Made by a program: the position numbers and the translations under genes. The notes beneath the pieces were generated by a model, which saw nothing but the letters and a program-made list of their open reading frames with translations, had not been told where the DNA came from and ran no database searches. A stretch of 63,808 nucleotides of DNA, counting the filler, from Hyphochytrium catenoides (lineage: Eukaryota > Protista > Hyphochytriomycota): the NCBI GenBank assembly GCA_900088475.1. It is 13 parts of 13 records of this genome, joined end to end, with 100 filler letters (N's around TTAATTAATTAA, not from the genome) between each part and the next. Parts side by side here need not be neighbours in the genome. Positions count along the whole stretch, not along the records: positions 1 to 4,043 come from FLMG01000127.1; positions 4,144 to 6,441 come from FLMG01002481.1; positions 6,542 to 9,620 come from FLMG01002542.1; positions 9,721 to 19,183 come from FLMG01003673.1; 9 more parts are not named here. The stretch is one strand, 5' to 3'. Below are positions 1 through 11,362 of this stretch, piece by piece. The number at the start of each line of letters is the position of its first letter. Within the stretch, counting starts at the first letter, position 1.

Positions 1-621
1 GGAGCAAGAGAGAGAGAGAGAGAGAGAGAGAAAGAAGGAGCAAGAGAGAGAGAGAGAGAAAGAAAGAAGGGGCGAGAGTGAAAGAGAGAGAGAGGAGAGA
101 AAGGAGGCAAAGACACTCAGGGCCATCGGTGGTGAGAGAGATGGGCAGTGGCAGACAATCCTCTCGTGGGATGATGGGCTGGAGAGGGAAAGCTGGATCC
201 AGGAAACATTTTCTCTTGAATGATTCACACGGTCCCAAAACCCTCACAAACTGCTTGATTCTTTGAATTATTCAAACGCTGAAAGCTTCAAAGCAAAGTT
301 CGTCCGTTACAACTTTCTGATTCGTCACGAGGTTTTTACTATTTTCTCTCCCGCCCCACTCTTTCGCATCCTCACGCGAACTGGCTCCCCAGCGCGCCAA
401 GCAAGCCTCGCGTCCTCCATGCGCCGCCACGCGCAGGGCTCGAAGCAGAAGAACCAGTTCAAAGGCTCTTGATGGTTGCGTGTGCAGACGTCAAGACAAG
501 GCCTTAGAAGTTATAGATTTTTTAGATTACGATTATCGTCTGCTATTGGAATAGTTGTTCGAAGAGACGGATTCCACCATAGGAACACGCAGGGATCATC
601 AGAGAGAAGTACGTTCTCAAG

Positions 622-2778
622 TTAACGAACGAGCTCAAGGTATGCCTTGAAATCGTCTTCGAAGCCTGTGATAACGTCGTGCGGGTCCTTGCCAACTGCC
701 TCGTCTAGGGTGACACCGAGCCGAACCTCATTTGCAAAGCTAGGAACCACCGAGCATTCATGTTAGAGAACATTCCTCAGAGTAGTGGAATGCGCAGGCA
801 CAAGAAGGAGCAATGCAGCGAAGTGGAACCTCCGACTTAACGAAGACGTGCTCTTCACACTCAGGAAAAAAGAAAGGAGAAAGCTAACCAGTCTTGGGAA
901 GAGGTGATTACTGTTACTGGATCAGGTCACTAAGGAGGGGCCAAACGAGGAGGGAAGAGAAGCAGACACTGCGCTTACCTAAAGATCGAAACTCCGATGC
1001 CCAGTTCTCCAGAGCTTGGGACCCAGAACGTTGAGAAATGTACCCTGCTCTCCCCCATTTTGACCGGATAGGGCATACTACGGACCAAAATAAACATCAG
1101 CGTGTTTCACACCGTAATAGTATCTTGTACCCCAATAGCCCACTTACCCTGGGACATTAGTAAGGACCATGCTCGCCTTATTGGCGACAAACGTCATCAA
1201 AAACTTATGAATGGAAAGAGGGAGATACGTCAAGGCTGACAGAACGATGAAGTTTGCAATCGCCTCTGGCTCTTTCTTTAGTTGGTCCATCGCCTTCTTT
1301 GTCGCCAGGAGACGTGCACGTGGTTCTACCTCTGACAGAGCCAGAGGGACAACTACGGTGCTGAAATAGTTTTCCAGTTTGACATTCTTCATCTGCTTGG
1401 CAGAGCGCACATTCACAGGTACCACAGCTCTGAGGGTCATCTGAAGACGAGGAACAGACCAAGGAAAGCCTGAGTTAGAGCATGGCTGAACGTCGGTAAG
1501 GCTGTGTCTATCTGACCTTCTTGAAGTTCTCAGCTGTCATGTTTGCGTTCTTGATGAGATAGCGTTGAAAGCTACCTGCCACGCAGCTGAAAACCAGCAA
1601 AGTTCAGAACCCCGATAATATAGGACGTAACGTTGAATTCGCCCTCCCTGACAAATGCCAAATCGTCTATGTCATTCTCTCTCTCTCTCTCTCAAGCTCT
1701 AGCTCCTTCTCCCGTTCCGTCTCTTTCTGAGTTCTGCTCACCTCATGAGGATGTCATTGATAGTGCATCCCAGCGCACTCTTCACCTTCTTCACATCCTC
1801 CAGAGGAATTGCATTGCTCCAAGCCACGTGGCGCTTGCCAGTGAGAGGAATGCCATGGAGAGCTACATAAGAGAGAAAGAGAGCGATAGAAAAGCAAAAG
1901 CCACAAGAGTTAGGAAGGGGCAGAGGCTCGAATCGTTCAGCTGCAGAGCTCCTAAAGTCGACTGGATCCATTGCTAGAACCCATCCAAAAAGCATAAAGG
2001 TACGTAGAGGATGAAAAGCGCGAGCGAACAGAGTTAACTCACGTAGTCCATCGGCCTTCCACAGAAACTTGGCAATCGTAGTGTATGGGATGTACCAGAT
2101 GAGCTTAAGGATAGCCTTGAAGGTATTGGAGCCAGACTGACCCACACGTGTCTGACCAATGACCTGAACGAACAAAACATGGACGTTAAAGGATCTCGCC
2201 ATATCAAGCCTTATTATGGTGAAGCTCCCGTCTTTCTAGCTTCACTACGACCAAGACCATAGTGAAACCGACCAACAACAGACCGAATAGACCACTTACC
2301 GCATCAGCAGGATTCAACGGGTCCAGGAGGTTGAAGGTCGCAGCGATTAATGCGACCCCATCAGCCACGGCATGGTCCACCCGGAAGATAAGCGCGCTCT
2401 TATCACCCTCATACTTCTCCACATACTGATCAGGTCACACGGGAAGCAGTCTTAGCAAATCGAAGCGAAGAACGGGAGGATAATAGGACCAGAGCACGAG
2501 AAAAGAGCAGAGAAAGACGACAAAGCTAGGAAGATGCTGCCTCTCTTTTGATGATAGCTAGTAGAAAAAAGAGGATCTGTCTCACTCTATACATCCAGGG
2601 CGGTCTATCCGAGGGGAACTCCTCAGTGCATATCTTGGAGATGTACTCCTCTAGCTGAGCGCGGGTCACTTCCCCTTCCAGTGGAGCGTTGCAGACTTGC
2701 CTGTCAATGTGAAAGTCTCGATCGAGCTCCCAGATAGGCGTATATGAGAACCCATCATAGCGCCGTACCAACTTTGAA

Positions 2779-2827
<49 letters not shown>

Positions 2828-3038
2828 CAGAACGTCGGGCGCTCATGAGAAATTTTGCGGCTTCCTTACCTTCATTTTGGTGCGCTCATTGGGGCGAACT
2901 AAACGCTCCTCCACCAGCTTCTTGATCTTGTCCACGGAAGTGCGCTCAATAACGGTTAATCCTGTGATGTACTGGCACAGACCGAGAGTTCAGCATCGCG
3001 GAAGAGCAAGAGGCAAAGCGTCGACGCGCAGAGCAGGT

Positions 3039-3071
<33 letters not shown>

Positions 3072-4043
3072 GAGGTCTCTCCCGTACCATTGGATTCTTC
3101 TTCTGGAGAACGCTCCAGAACTTATCAGAAGGGGAGAGGTATCGCTGCCCTTCTGGAAGCTTCTTCTTCTTCATCCCCTTCAGCGCCAACCACGCTGCTC
3201 CCAGGAATAGAGCCAGGAGGAAGAGATTGGTCCAGAACGCGGGCTGCAGCGAAGCCTGGAGGGCAACGCCATGGAAGAGTCAGAGTCCATGAAAGACAGA
3301 AGTTCTCGGATAGAGAGATAGCTGGGCAGAGAACTTGGCGCTGTTAGATCGCTTGCGAGAGAGAAAGGAAGAGAGAGAAAGAAAGAGAGAGAGAAAAAGA
3401 GACAAGAGAATGTCATATCCTTACCTCAATCTCCTCCGCCACAGCTAGGGCCTGCCGCATTCTGAGGACGAGGCTGGACACGTCTTCCTCAGGCAGCGCT
3501 CTGATGGCATCCTCTCGTCCCTGAAGGAGGTCCAGCTCCTCTGAAAGCTTCACGTTCTCAGCCATCAGGCCTGTGATTATCTTCTCCTTGGACACCGCAA
3601 GAGAGAGACACGGTACTAGCGCTGCCAGGAAGAGTACTGGCGCCGCACTACAGACCGCGAGCCTCATACTTCTCGGGAAGGGAGACACGCTATGCAAAGA
3701 AGAAGAACTAAAGTGAGAGAGAGAATGCAAGAGACAGAAAGAGAGAGAGACAAAGAGAGAGAAGGACCTAACGTGATCCAGAGTCTCTAAAAACCAACAC
3801 GCGGTCACGATGGATGAAGCAGAAAGTGCCGGCGCTGGTTCTCTCTCAATCAGCGATTGAGCCAGCGTGAGGAGGAACGCTAAGAGACAGCAAGGGACCA
3901 AGGGTGACCCAGGGTGGGAGAGACAGGTGTGAGGGGGAGAGGAAGAGAGGAAGGGAGAGTGACAAACAGAGGAGGCAGAAAGAGAGCAGTTATTGTGGGC
4001 AGAGAGGGGGGCGTACTGGGCAGCTGTACTATGAGTACTAGCA
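622..4043 (-). CDS. Wax ester synthase/diacylglycerol acyltransferase (WS/DGAT family), multi-exon, 5'-truncated, with N-terminal membrane/coiled-coil extension
   Basis: Exons joined at GT-AG sites give YLSPSDKFW, FPSDRPPW, LIFRVDHAVADGVAL (HHxxxDG-type motif), LTGKRHVAWS, LEDVKKVKSALGCTINDILM, LRAVVPVNVR, LTNVPG, FWVP..GELGIGVSIFSFANEVRLGV. Stop TAA at 622-624. Confidence 0.9.
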
Positions 4044-4143
4044 NNNNNNNNNNNNNNNNNNNNNNNNNNNNNNNNNNNNNNNNNNNNTTAATTAATTAAN
4101 NNNNNNNNNNNNNNNNNNNNNNNNNNNNNNNNNNNNNNNNNNN
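4044..4143. other. Artificial contig spacer N44-TTAATTAATTAA-N44 (first of 12; others at 6442, 9621, 19184, 23083, 31793, 46133, 50847, 56287, 58446, 61275, 62631)
   Basis: Identical 100-bp blocks carrying a six-frame-stop linker. Genes are cut mid-exon at their edges. Confidence 0.98.
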
Positions 4144-6219
4144 TTCCAGGCTTCTTATGAAATCCATTTGATCCTGAGGGCTCCATAGTCCATGAAGAGC
4201 CGCACAGAAGTTCTCCTTTTGTAGAGGACGAGAAAGAGAGAGACACATAATTGGAGAAGAGAGAGAGACACATAAAGGAGAAGGAAGAGAGAGAGATTCA
4301 CGGAGAAGAAAAGAGGGAGAGAAAGAGAGAGCGAGAGAGATTAAACAAAAAGAAAAGAGAGAGAGAGAGAGAGATAAAGAGAGAGAGAGAGAGAAAAAAA
4401 AAAGAGAGAGAGAAAGAAAAAGGGAGAGGAAGAACGCCAGCAGCAAAGAAGGTTAAGGCTCGCCTCACTGTCTATCGTCTTGCCCTTAACGTCTCCTTGA
4501 CCTGCCTGCTGCATGTTTCTTCCATCTCTCTCCCTCTCGCCCTTTTCTCTCTTTCTCAGCTTGGTGTCCCACTACAAAGGTTCCTCCCCGTCTAATCTCT
4601 TCCACCTATTCTGAGCTGCCTCTCTTTCTCCCTCTCCACCGTCTTTGTTCTTCTTTTTTTGTCTCTCTCTCTCTCTCTGTCCTACTTCCTGGTCCAGTCA
4701 CTGTCGCTCTCTCCATTTTCTCTCTCTCTCTCTCTCTTTCTTGCTTCCTCTCCCTCACCTTAATGGCCAGTCTAATGTTTCCTAGTGCTTGGTTGAGCGC
4801 AGAGAGAGAGCTTTCGTCTGCAGTCATGATTCTATGAGAGAGAAGCTTCACATACTGTTTCGTGTCCGTCAGGCGAGTGAAAATACCGCCGAATACGTCC
4901 TCCTCTTCAGAGGATGGTGAGTCTAAGAGAGGCAGAAAGAGAGAGAGAGGGAGAAGAGAGAAGCAAAGTTAAGAGACCGCGGGAGGGATGAGCGACAGGG
5001 GAGAGAAGAGAGAGAGAGAGACAGAGAGAGAGAGAGACAGAGAGAGAGAGACAGAGAGAGAGAGACAGAGAGAGAGAGACAGAGAGAGAGAGAAATATGA
5101 GCAACAGAGTGAGAGAAAGAGGCACACCCCGGAGAATAGCGAGAACCCAGAGGAGAGAGAGAGAGAGAGAGAGGTATGGGGTGGGCAAGGGAGAGAGAGG
5201 AGGAACTTGGAAGACAGCAAGAAAAAGAAGAGAGACAGAAAGACAAGTGAGGGTCATAAACGCTGTACTACACACAATGAAAGGAAACGAAGATGAAAGA
5301 AAATTGAAAGAGAAGTCTTGACAAGCCACTGAGGAAGAGCAAAAGGGTAAGATGCAGCGCAAATGCAAAAGAGAGACACAAAAAGACAGAAGAGAGAGAG
5401 AGAGAGAGTCAACGTTTTATTCTCCCCACCTTCGACCTTTAGTCTCTTTGTCTCCCAGGTCGCTTCGGAGAGAGAAGTCTCTGGTCCTCGTCTCTGTTGA
5501 GTCTCTCCTCCCGCGGGCTTGATCTGCAACGCCGCAAACGAAGGGAGAGAAGGTCCCTTTCTTCTCTCTCCCACCGGCAATGCATCCTCTTCTTCTCTCT
5601 CTCCTGCTCCCTCTTTCTTCTTTCTCAACTTCTTCAGGTCTTTTGACGTGACATGCACCGGACAACTCTTCACCATCGCCGCTCTGTTTCTCTCATTTCC
5701 TATCCACGCCTCCACCCAGAGACGGAAGAGATTCTTCTGATGATGATTGCTGACCTCGTTCACTCTGTAGCGGATGTGCAAGAGATTATCTTCATCGAAA
5801 GAGAGAGAGAAATCTTGCTCTTCCAGGAGAGAGACAACATCTGCGCCCAAGCCACTCTTTCCTACTCTAAGAAAGAGTTGAAGAAGAGGTCCTCCCTCCG
5901 TGGTAGAGTTAAAAGTCACGTCTTTCTCGCTGTCAAAGCCATCGTAGAGAGAGTAAACTTCTCTCTTCTTCTCTTTGCTGACTTTCATCCCCGCGTAGTG
6001 GAGAGAGACACGGACTTTCATTCCTTTTGGCGGCGCACAGCGATATTCTCTCCCGTTCTCTCTCCTGAAAAGCCCTACTTTGGCATAAATAAAGGTTCTC
6101 TCTCCTCCTTCGGAGTTGGCCCAGACGAGAGGCTCGCCCGCCTTTCTCTCTCTTGGGATGGGCACGCCTTTCAGCGCGGCAACGCCGCATTCTTCCAAGA
6201 TTTTTAGTATGTAAACCAT
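4144..6219 (-). CDS. Uncharacterised protein, putative Ig-fold (p53-like superfamily) DNA-binding domain plus basic NLS; probably 3'-truncated
   Basis: Long first exon from ATG 6219 with beta-rich LHIRYRVNEVSNHHQKNLFRLWVE...SCPVHVTSK followed by KKLRKKK. Further in-frame exons at about 4922-4759 and probably 4215-4144. The functional call is inference. Confidence 0.6.
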
Positions 6220-6289
6220 TGGAAGGAAGTGGAGAAAGAGAGAGAGAGAGAGAGAAAGAGAGAGCGAAGAGAGAGACAGAGACAGAGAG

Positions 6290-6441
6290 AAAAGAGAGAG
6301 AAGGGTTTGGGGAAGAGGGGGAAAGAGGGACAGAAGAGAGACGAGTAGAGGAGAGAGACAGAGAGAAAAGAGAGAGAAGGGTTTGGGGAAGAGGGGGAAA
6401 GAGGAACAGAAGAGAGACGAGTAGAGGAGAGAGAAGAGAGA
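6290..6441. repeat. Two-copy ~75-bp purine-rich tandem duplication
   Basis: gagagagaagggtttggggaagaggggg...gagagacgagtagaggagagag occurs twice in tandem. Confidence 0.7.
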
Positions 6442-7094
6442 NNNNNNNNNNNNNNNNNNNNNNNNNNNNNNNNNNNNNNNNNNNNTTAATTAATTAANNN
6501 NNNNNNNNNNNNNNNNNNNNNNNNNNNNNNNNNNNNNNNNNAATGACTGCCTTACCATGTCCGCATACAATATCAGAAATCACAACTTTGTGATCAGGTT
6601 GCTAAATGACTGCAAGACACTTTTCCTTTTACGCCTGAAGCAAATACAAACTTTCGTGAATCGTTGGAATCTTTCGAGGTTTGAATAAGCCAAGAACACC
6701 ATTAGTAGATAATAACAATGCAATAGATTCAACGGAAAGATTGCGTGAACCTTCTGAATCCGTTAAGGATGCTGAAACAGCCTCCCTCCTCCCCTCCTCT
6801 GTACATGCCTCCCCAAATTTTGGCAGGTGGCTCACTTTCCCTCGCAAGGACAACTGCCGTCCTTTTGGTCGCATTCCAATCATACGCCTTTCAGCTATAT
6901 GATATTTTTCGCTGTTACAGAATTTATAAATAGCGGCCTCTTAAACCTAGTAACAGTGCAATAAATCTATGGTAGTAAGCGTGTATGAAAGTTTTGGCTG
7001 CTCCTTAACTGTCCCATTGCTCCTCTCTTCTGCCCTTTTTGGCTAGGCCTCCACCTCTGAACTCCCTGCCGTCAGTTGTGGAGGTGATCAGTCT

Positions 7095-8830
7095 TCCTTT
7101 TACGCCTTCAGCATGTGAGATATATTTGAATCTTTGGAATCTTTCGCGGTTTGAGTAAATCAAGAGCACCATCAGTAGCTAATAACAGTGCAATAAACCT
7201 AAACGGAAAGATTGTATGAAACGTTTAGCTGTGCCTCTTCCAGTTCTTTTGTGTCTGTTCAGAGGCGTCGAAATAGCCTCCCTCGTCCCTCTCTGTGCCT
7301 GCCTGTTTGCCCAAATGTTGGCACATGACCCCTTTGCCGTAGTAGGGAAACTGGCGTTCTTTTTATCGCTTTCCAATCAAAGGCTTTCCAGTGCTATAAA
7401 GCCGGGGAAAGAAGCAATTCCCTCCCAAGAAGAACAGGCAACTTTCGTTTTACGCCTTCAGCATGTGAGATTTGTTTGAATCTTTGGAATCTTTCGCGGT
7501 TTGAGTAAATCAAGAGCACCATCATCAGTAGCTAAGAACAGTGCAATAAACCTAAACGGAAAGATTGTATGAAACGTTTAGCTGTGTCTCTTCTGGTTCG
7601 TTTGTGTCTGTTTAGAGGCGTCGAAATAGCCTCCCTCGTCTCACTCTGTGGCTGCCTGTTTGCCCAAATGTTGGCACATGACTCCTTTGCCCTAGTAGGG
7701 AAACTGGCGTTCTTTTCATCGCTTTCCAGTCAAAGGCCTTCCAGTGCTATAAAGCCGGGGAAAGAAGCAATTTCCTCCCAAGAAGAACAGACAACTTTCC
7801 TTTTACGCCTTCAGCATGTGAGATTTGTTTGAATCTTTGGAATCTTTCGCGGTTTGAGTAAATCAAGAGCACCATCATCAGTAGCTAAGAACAGTGCAAT
7901 AAACCTAGACGGAAAGATTGTATGAAACGTTTAGCTGTGCCTCTTCCGGTTCGTTGGTGTCTGTTTAGAGGCGTCGAAATAGCCTCCCTCGTCTCACTCT
8001 GTGGCTGCCTGTTTGCCCAAATGTTGGCACATGACTCCTCGCCCTAGTAGGGAAACTGGCGTTCTTTTTATCGCTTTCCAATCAAAGGCCTTCCAGTGCT
8101 ATAAAGCCGGGGAAAGAAGCAATTCCCTCCCAAGAAGAANNNNNNNNNNNNNNNNNNNNNNNNNNNNNNNNNNNNNNNNNNNNNNNNNNNNNNNNNNNNN
8201 NNNNNNNNNNNNNNNNNNNNNNNNNNNNNNNNNNNNNNNNNNNNNNNNNNNNNNNNNNNNNNNNNNNNNNNNNNNNNNNNNNNNNNNNNNAGCTGTGTCT
8301 CTTCCAGCTCTTTTGTATCTGTTCAGAGGCGTCGAAATAGCCTCCCTCGTCTCTCTCTGTGGCTGCCTGTTTGCCCAAATGTTGGCACATAACTCCTTTG
8401 CCCTAATAGGGAAACTGGCGTTCTTTTTATCGCTTTCCAATCAAAGGCCTGTCAGTGCTATAAAGCTGGGGAAAGAAGCAATTCCCTCCCGAGAAGAACA
8501 GACAACTTTCCTTTTACGCCTTCAGGATGTGAGATTTGTTTGAATCTTTGGAATCTTTCGCGGTTTGAGTAAATCAAGAGTACCATCATCAGTAGCTAAT
8601 AACAGTGCAATAAACCTAAACGGAAAGATTGTATGAAACGTTTAGCTGTGTCTCTTCCAGTTCTTTTGTATCTGTTCAGAGGCGTCGAAGTAGCCTCCCT
8701 CGTCCCTCTCTGTGCCTGCCTGTTTGCCCAAATGTTGGCACATGACTCCTTTGCCGTAGTAGGGAAACTGACGTTCTTTTTATCGCTTTCCAGTCAAAGA
8801 CCTTCCAATGCTATAAAGCCGGGATAAGAA
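7095..8830. repeat. Tandem satellite, ~353-bp unit, about 5 copies (one interrupted by a gap), with a diverged copy at ~6620-6900
   Basis: The marker atgaaacgtttagctgtg recurs at 7216, 7569, 7922 (353-bp spacing) and 8633. Copies differ only by scattered substitutions and a 3-bp indel. Confidence 0.95.
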
Positions 8831-9841
8831 GCATGCATGAAACGTTCAGCTGTTCCTCCTGCTGCATCTTTTCTTCAAGAATGTGAAAGCTTGTAGTCCA
8901 TCCATTGAGAATTCAACCCCTTCGTGAAACCCCATGCTGTCAGGTGTGGAGTCTTCTCTTCCTCTCATAGAGAGCGTAATATACTGTATGGATTCTACTA
9001 TTATGGTGCACGGCTCCATCATGCTCCTGTTTCAGAAAACTATTAGAATGTATCGAGGCCCCTCTGTTTCCCACCCTTCAACCTGTTAAACTTGCTGCTG
9101 TCAAGTGAAAGTGTGGAGGTGGTTGGGGGTGATCAGTCGTCTCCTCTGCCTATACAATTGCTACAATCGCTAGCATATTGCATGGAGGGGATTAGTCTCG
9201 TTCCCCCTCCTCCTCCTCCCCCGCCTCCTCGTCATCTCATTGGAGAAGATTCTCATTCACCAGCAGCCAGCAGCCTAGACCGCAAAACTTAACGCGAAGA
9301 GCTGTTATCAGCATATTGCAGTTGTTTCACTGCCTTCTCACGCCTAAAAATGGCTAATACTACCGCCACCTGTNNNNNNNNNNNNNNNNNNNNNNNNNNN
9401 NNNNNNNNNNNNNNNNNNNNACTATTCAGGCGCTATCGATGCTAGGAGGGGACCATTCGGACGAGGAAATGGCGGAGGCTGGAGCGAAAGAAGAGGAGGA
9501 TGGTCTGCAGGTTGGAGAGGCTCCTCGTGAACTGCCGTTGCAATCACCCGGCGAGTCCCCAGCTCCAGGAGAGCAACCATCTCCAGTTGAGACTGCTTCA
9601 GACTCGAACTTTGTATCCTTNNNNNNNNNNNNNNNNNNNNNNNNNNNNNNNNNNNNNNNNNNNNTTAATTAATTAANNNNNNNNNNNNNNNNNNNNNNNN
9701 NNNNNNNNNNNNNNNNNNNNTCGGCTTTACCTTCTCGACAGTCGTTAATAGAGCAGACGAATCATAGTAGGCTTCGTCCGTCCTCCGTCATAAGAAGAGG
9801 AGAAGAAGGAGGAGAAGATGAAGCAACGACGGCATTGTCAT

Positions 9842-10860
9842 CTACTCTTCGGCTACGCAAGCACGAGAAGAAGGGTCCAGCTGCTGAAGAAGAATACGCT
9901 TTTTAAGAACCTGAAGCGCATTTTCTTCATAAATTGCCACAAAGCGATTCTGGTATAGAGCCGTAAAGCCATTGCCACGCGGGACCAATGGCCATGATGC
10001 TGCCCACAGTCCATAACACCCGGCATAGCTCCACTGAAGGACTCCCAAACTAGCGGCACAAACTGCAGCCCCAACAGTTGGCATGGATTGCTGCATCGGA
10101 AAGGGTTCTAGATTGCAATGAATCCGTAAGGGACACATCAAAGGTCGTGTACCGATAAGAAATAAAGGAAGCTGCGAAATAACAAAGCTTCTGGCTTCTG
10201 ATCAGAACCCAGAAGAAGGTGGCGAGGTTCACGGAAGACTTGAGCCCAGAGTCCCGAAAAGAATAGAAGAGAACGTCTTGTACGCGGCGGTGACGCTGAT
10301 CTCCAAGGGCATCCATGGACACAAACAAGACCGGCAAGGAGCAGGAGTGCGATGCAGAGGGATACGTACCCAACAACCGCCACAACATTATCACCAAAGG
10401 CGAAGTAAACTTCAATTGCAGCCAGGGCTTAGGACCAGTCCGAAGGAAAGCCCTTGCGTCGTGCGCGAGACGAGTAGCTAAAGTCATCACCTTCTCCACC
10501 AACAGGGAACGCTGTGCCCCGCCTGAAGCGCGGTGAGAAGAGAGACAGAGCCTGGGACCTCACTATGTCACAGGAGCACTTGGACACTAATCGACAAAGA
10601 ATTTTGCCCACGGCGATGGGTCGAAGATCAACCCCTCTCTTGGTCAGACCAACAGAGGAGCACCACCGACCGCGGCGGTGCTAAGAGGAGAGATCTGGAT
10701 GATGAGTCAGTTCTTTGGCGAGAGACGAGATTAGCGCAGAGAGAGAAAGGCATAAAGCCTCCCGGACAGATGGGGAGAGCGTGGATTAGAAGGCAGAAGT
10801 CACTTTGGTCCGGTGATTTGGCCTTTCTTATGGTGGAGCACTTAATCAGGAGTGGATAGT
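9842..10860 (-). mobile_element. Decayed, internally deleted non-LTR retrotransposon (CRE/SLACS-like)
   Basis: The minus strand at 10576-10629 encodes DLRPIAVGKILCRLVSKC, matching the RPIAVGEVLRRLVxK motif of CRE-type RTs, followed by frameshifted remnants. LYQNRFVAIYEENA near 9917-9958 resembles the C-terminal QRLSVAIQRGNA motif. Stops and frameshifts are present. Confidence 0.65.
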
Positions 10861-11362
10861 AAACTACTGATTGAAGAATAACAAGGAAAGATGAATATAT
10901 GCACCACGAAGCTGAACAGACAGACCAAGAGAAGCAACTAGTGGGCCAGAAAGGGACGAAGGGCAAGGAAGCAGTAGAGAGTTCAAAAGGCCACCTAGGG
11001 CTAGGAGGGAAGATTGGCAGGAAGAGGCTGCTGCGGCTGCACCGAGGAAGTGGGTCATTCATTCTCTGCTCCAATGATGCGAGAGAGGAAAATTCTTCTT
11101 CTTTGATCTTCCTTGAAAACAACTGGAGGACAGACATAAAGGAGCAGTGGAGGAGGCAGCAACTTCGTGGAGAAGGAAGAGGGATGAACAGAAGAGAAGA
11201 AGAAGAAGAGAGAGCGAAGGAGAAGGGTGAAACGCAGCAGGGAAGGGCGCTGAAGGGGTCATCGGGAAACAATCATACGAGCCGCCTCCGCGTGTAGAGC
11301 CCAGAGAAGACACTCGCCTGATCAAACGATGCCCAAAGAAGTGTATATCGGGTTGTTCAACT

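Noticed and set aside
4088-4099. Recurrent TTAATTAATTAA palindrome (12 copies) as a biological repeat or CRISPR-like array
   Set aside because: It is always centred in exactly 100 bp of N padding, so it is an assembly linker.
4907-5368. Many ORFs rich in SLSL or RERE (also 15946, 20379, 32882-33311, 33786, 40654)
   Set aside because: They are translations of (CT)n/(GA)n microsatellites in introns or intergenic DNA.
7216-8827. Repeated MKRLAV... 87-aa ORFs as a tandem gene family
   Set aside because: They follow the satellite unit, some copies are frameshifted or truncated, and I see no sign of codon-level constraint.
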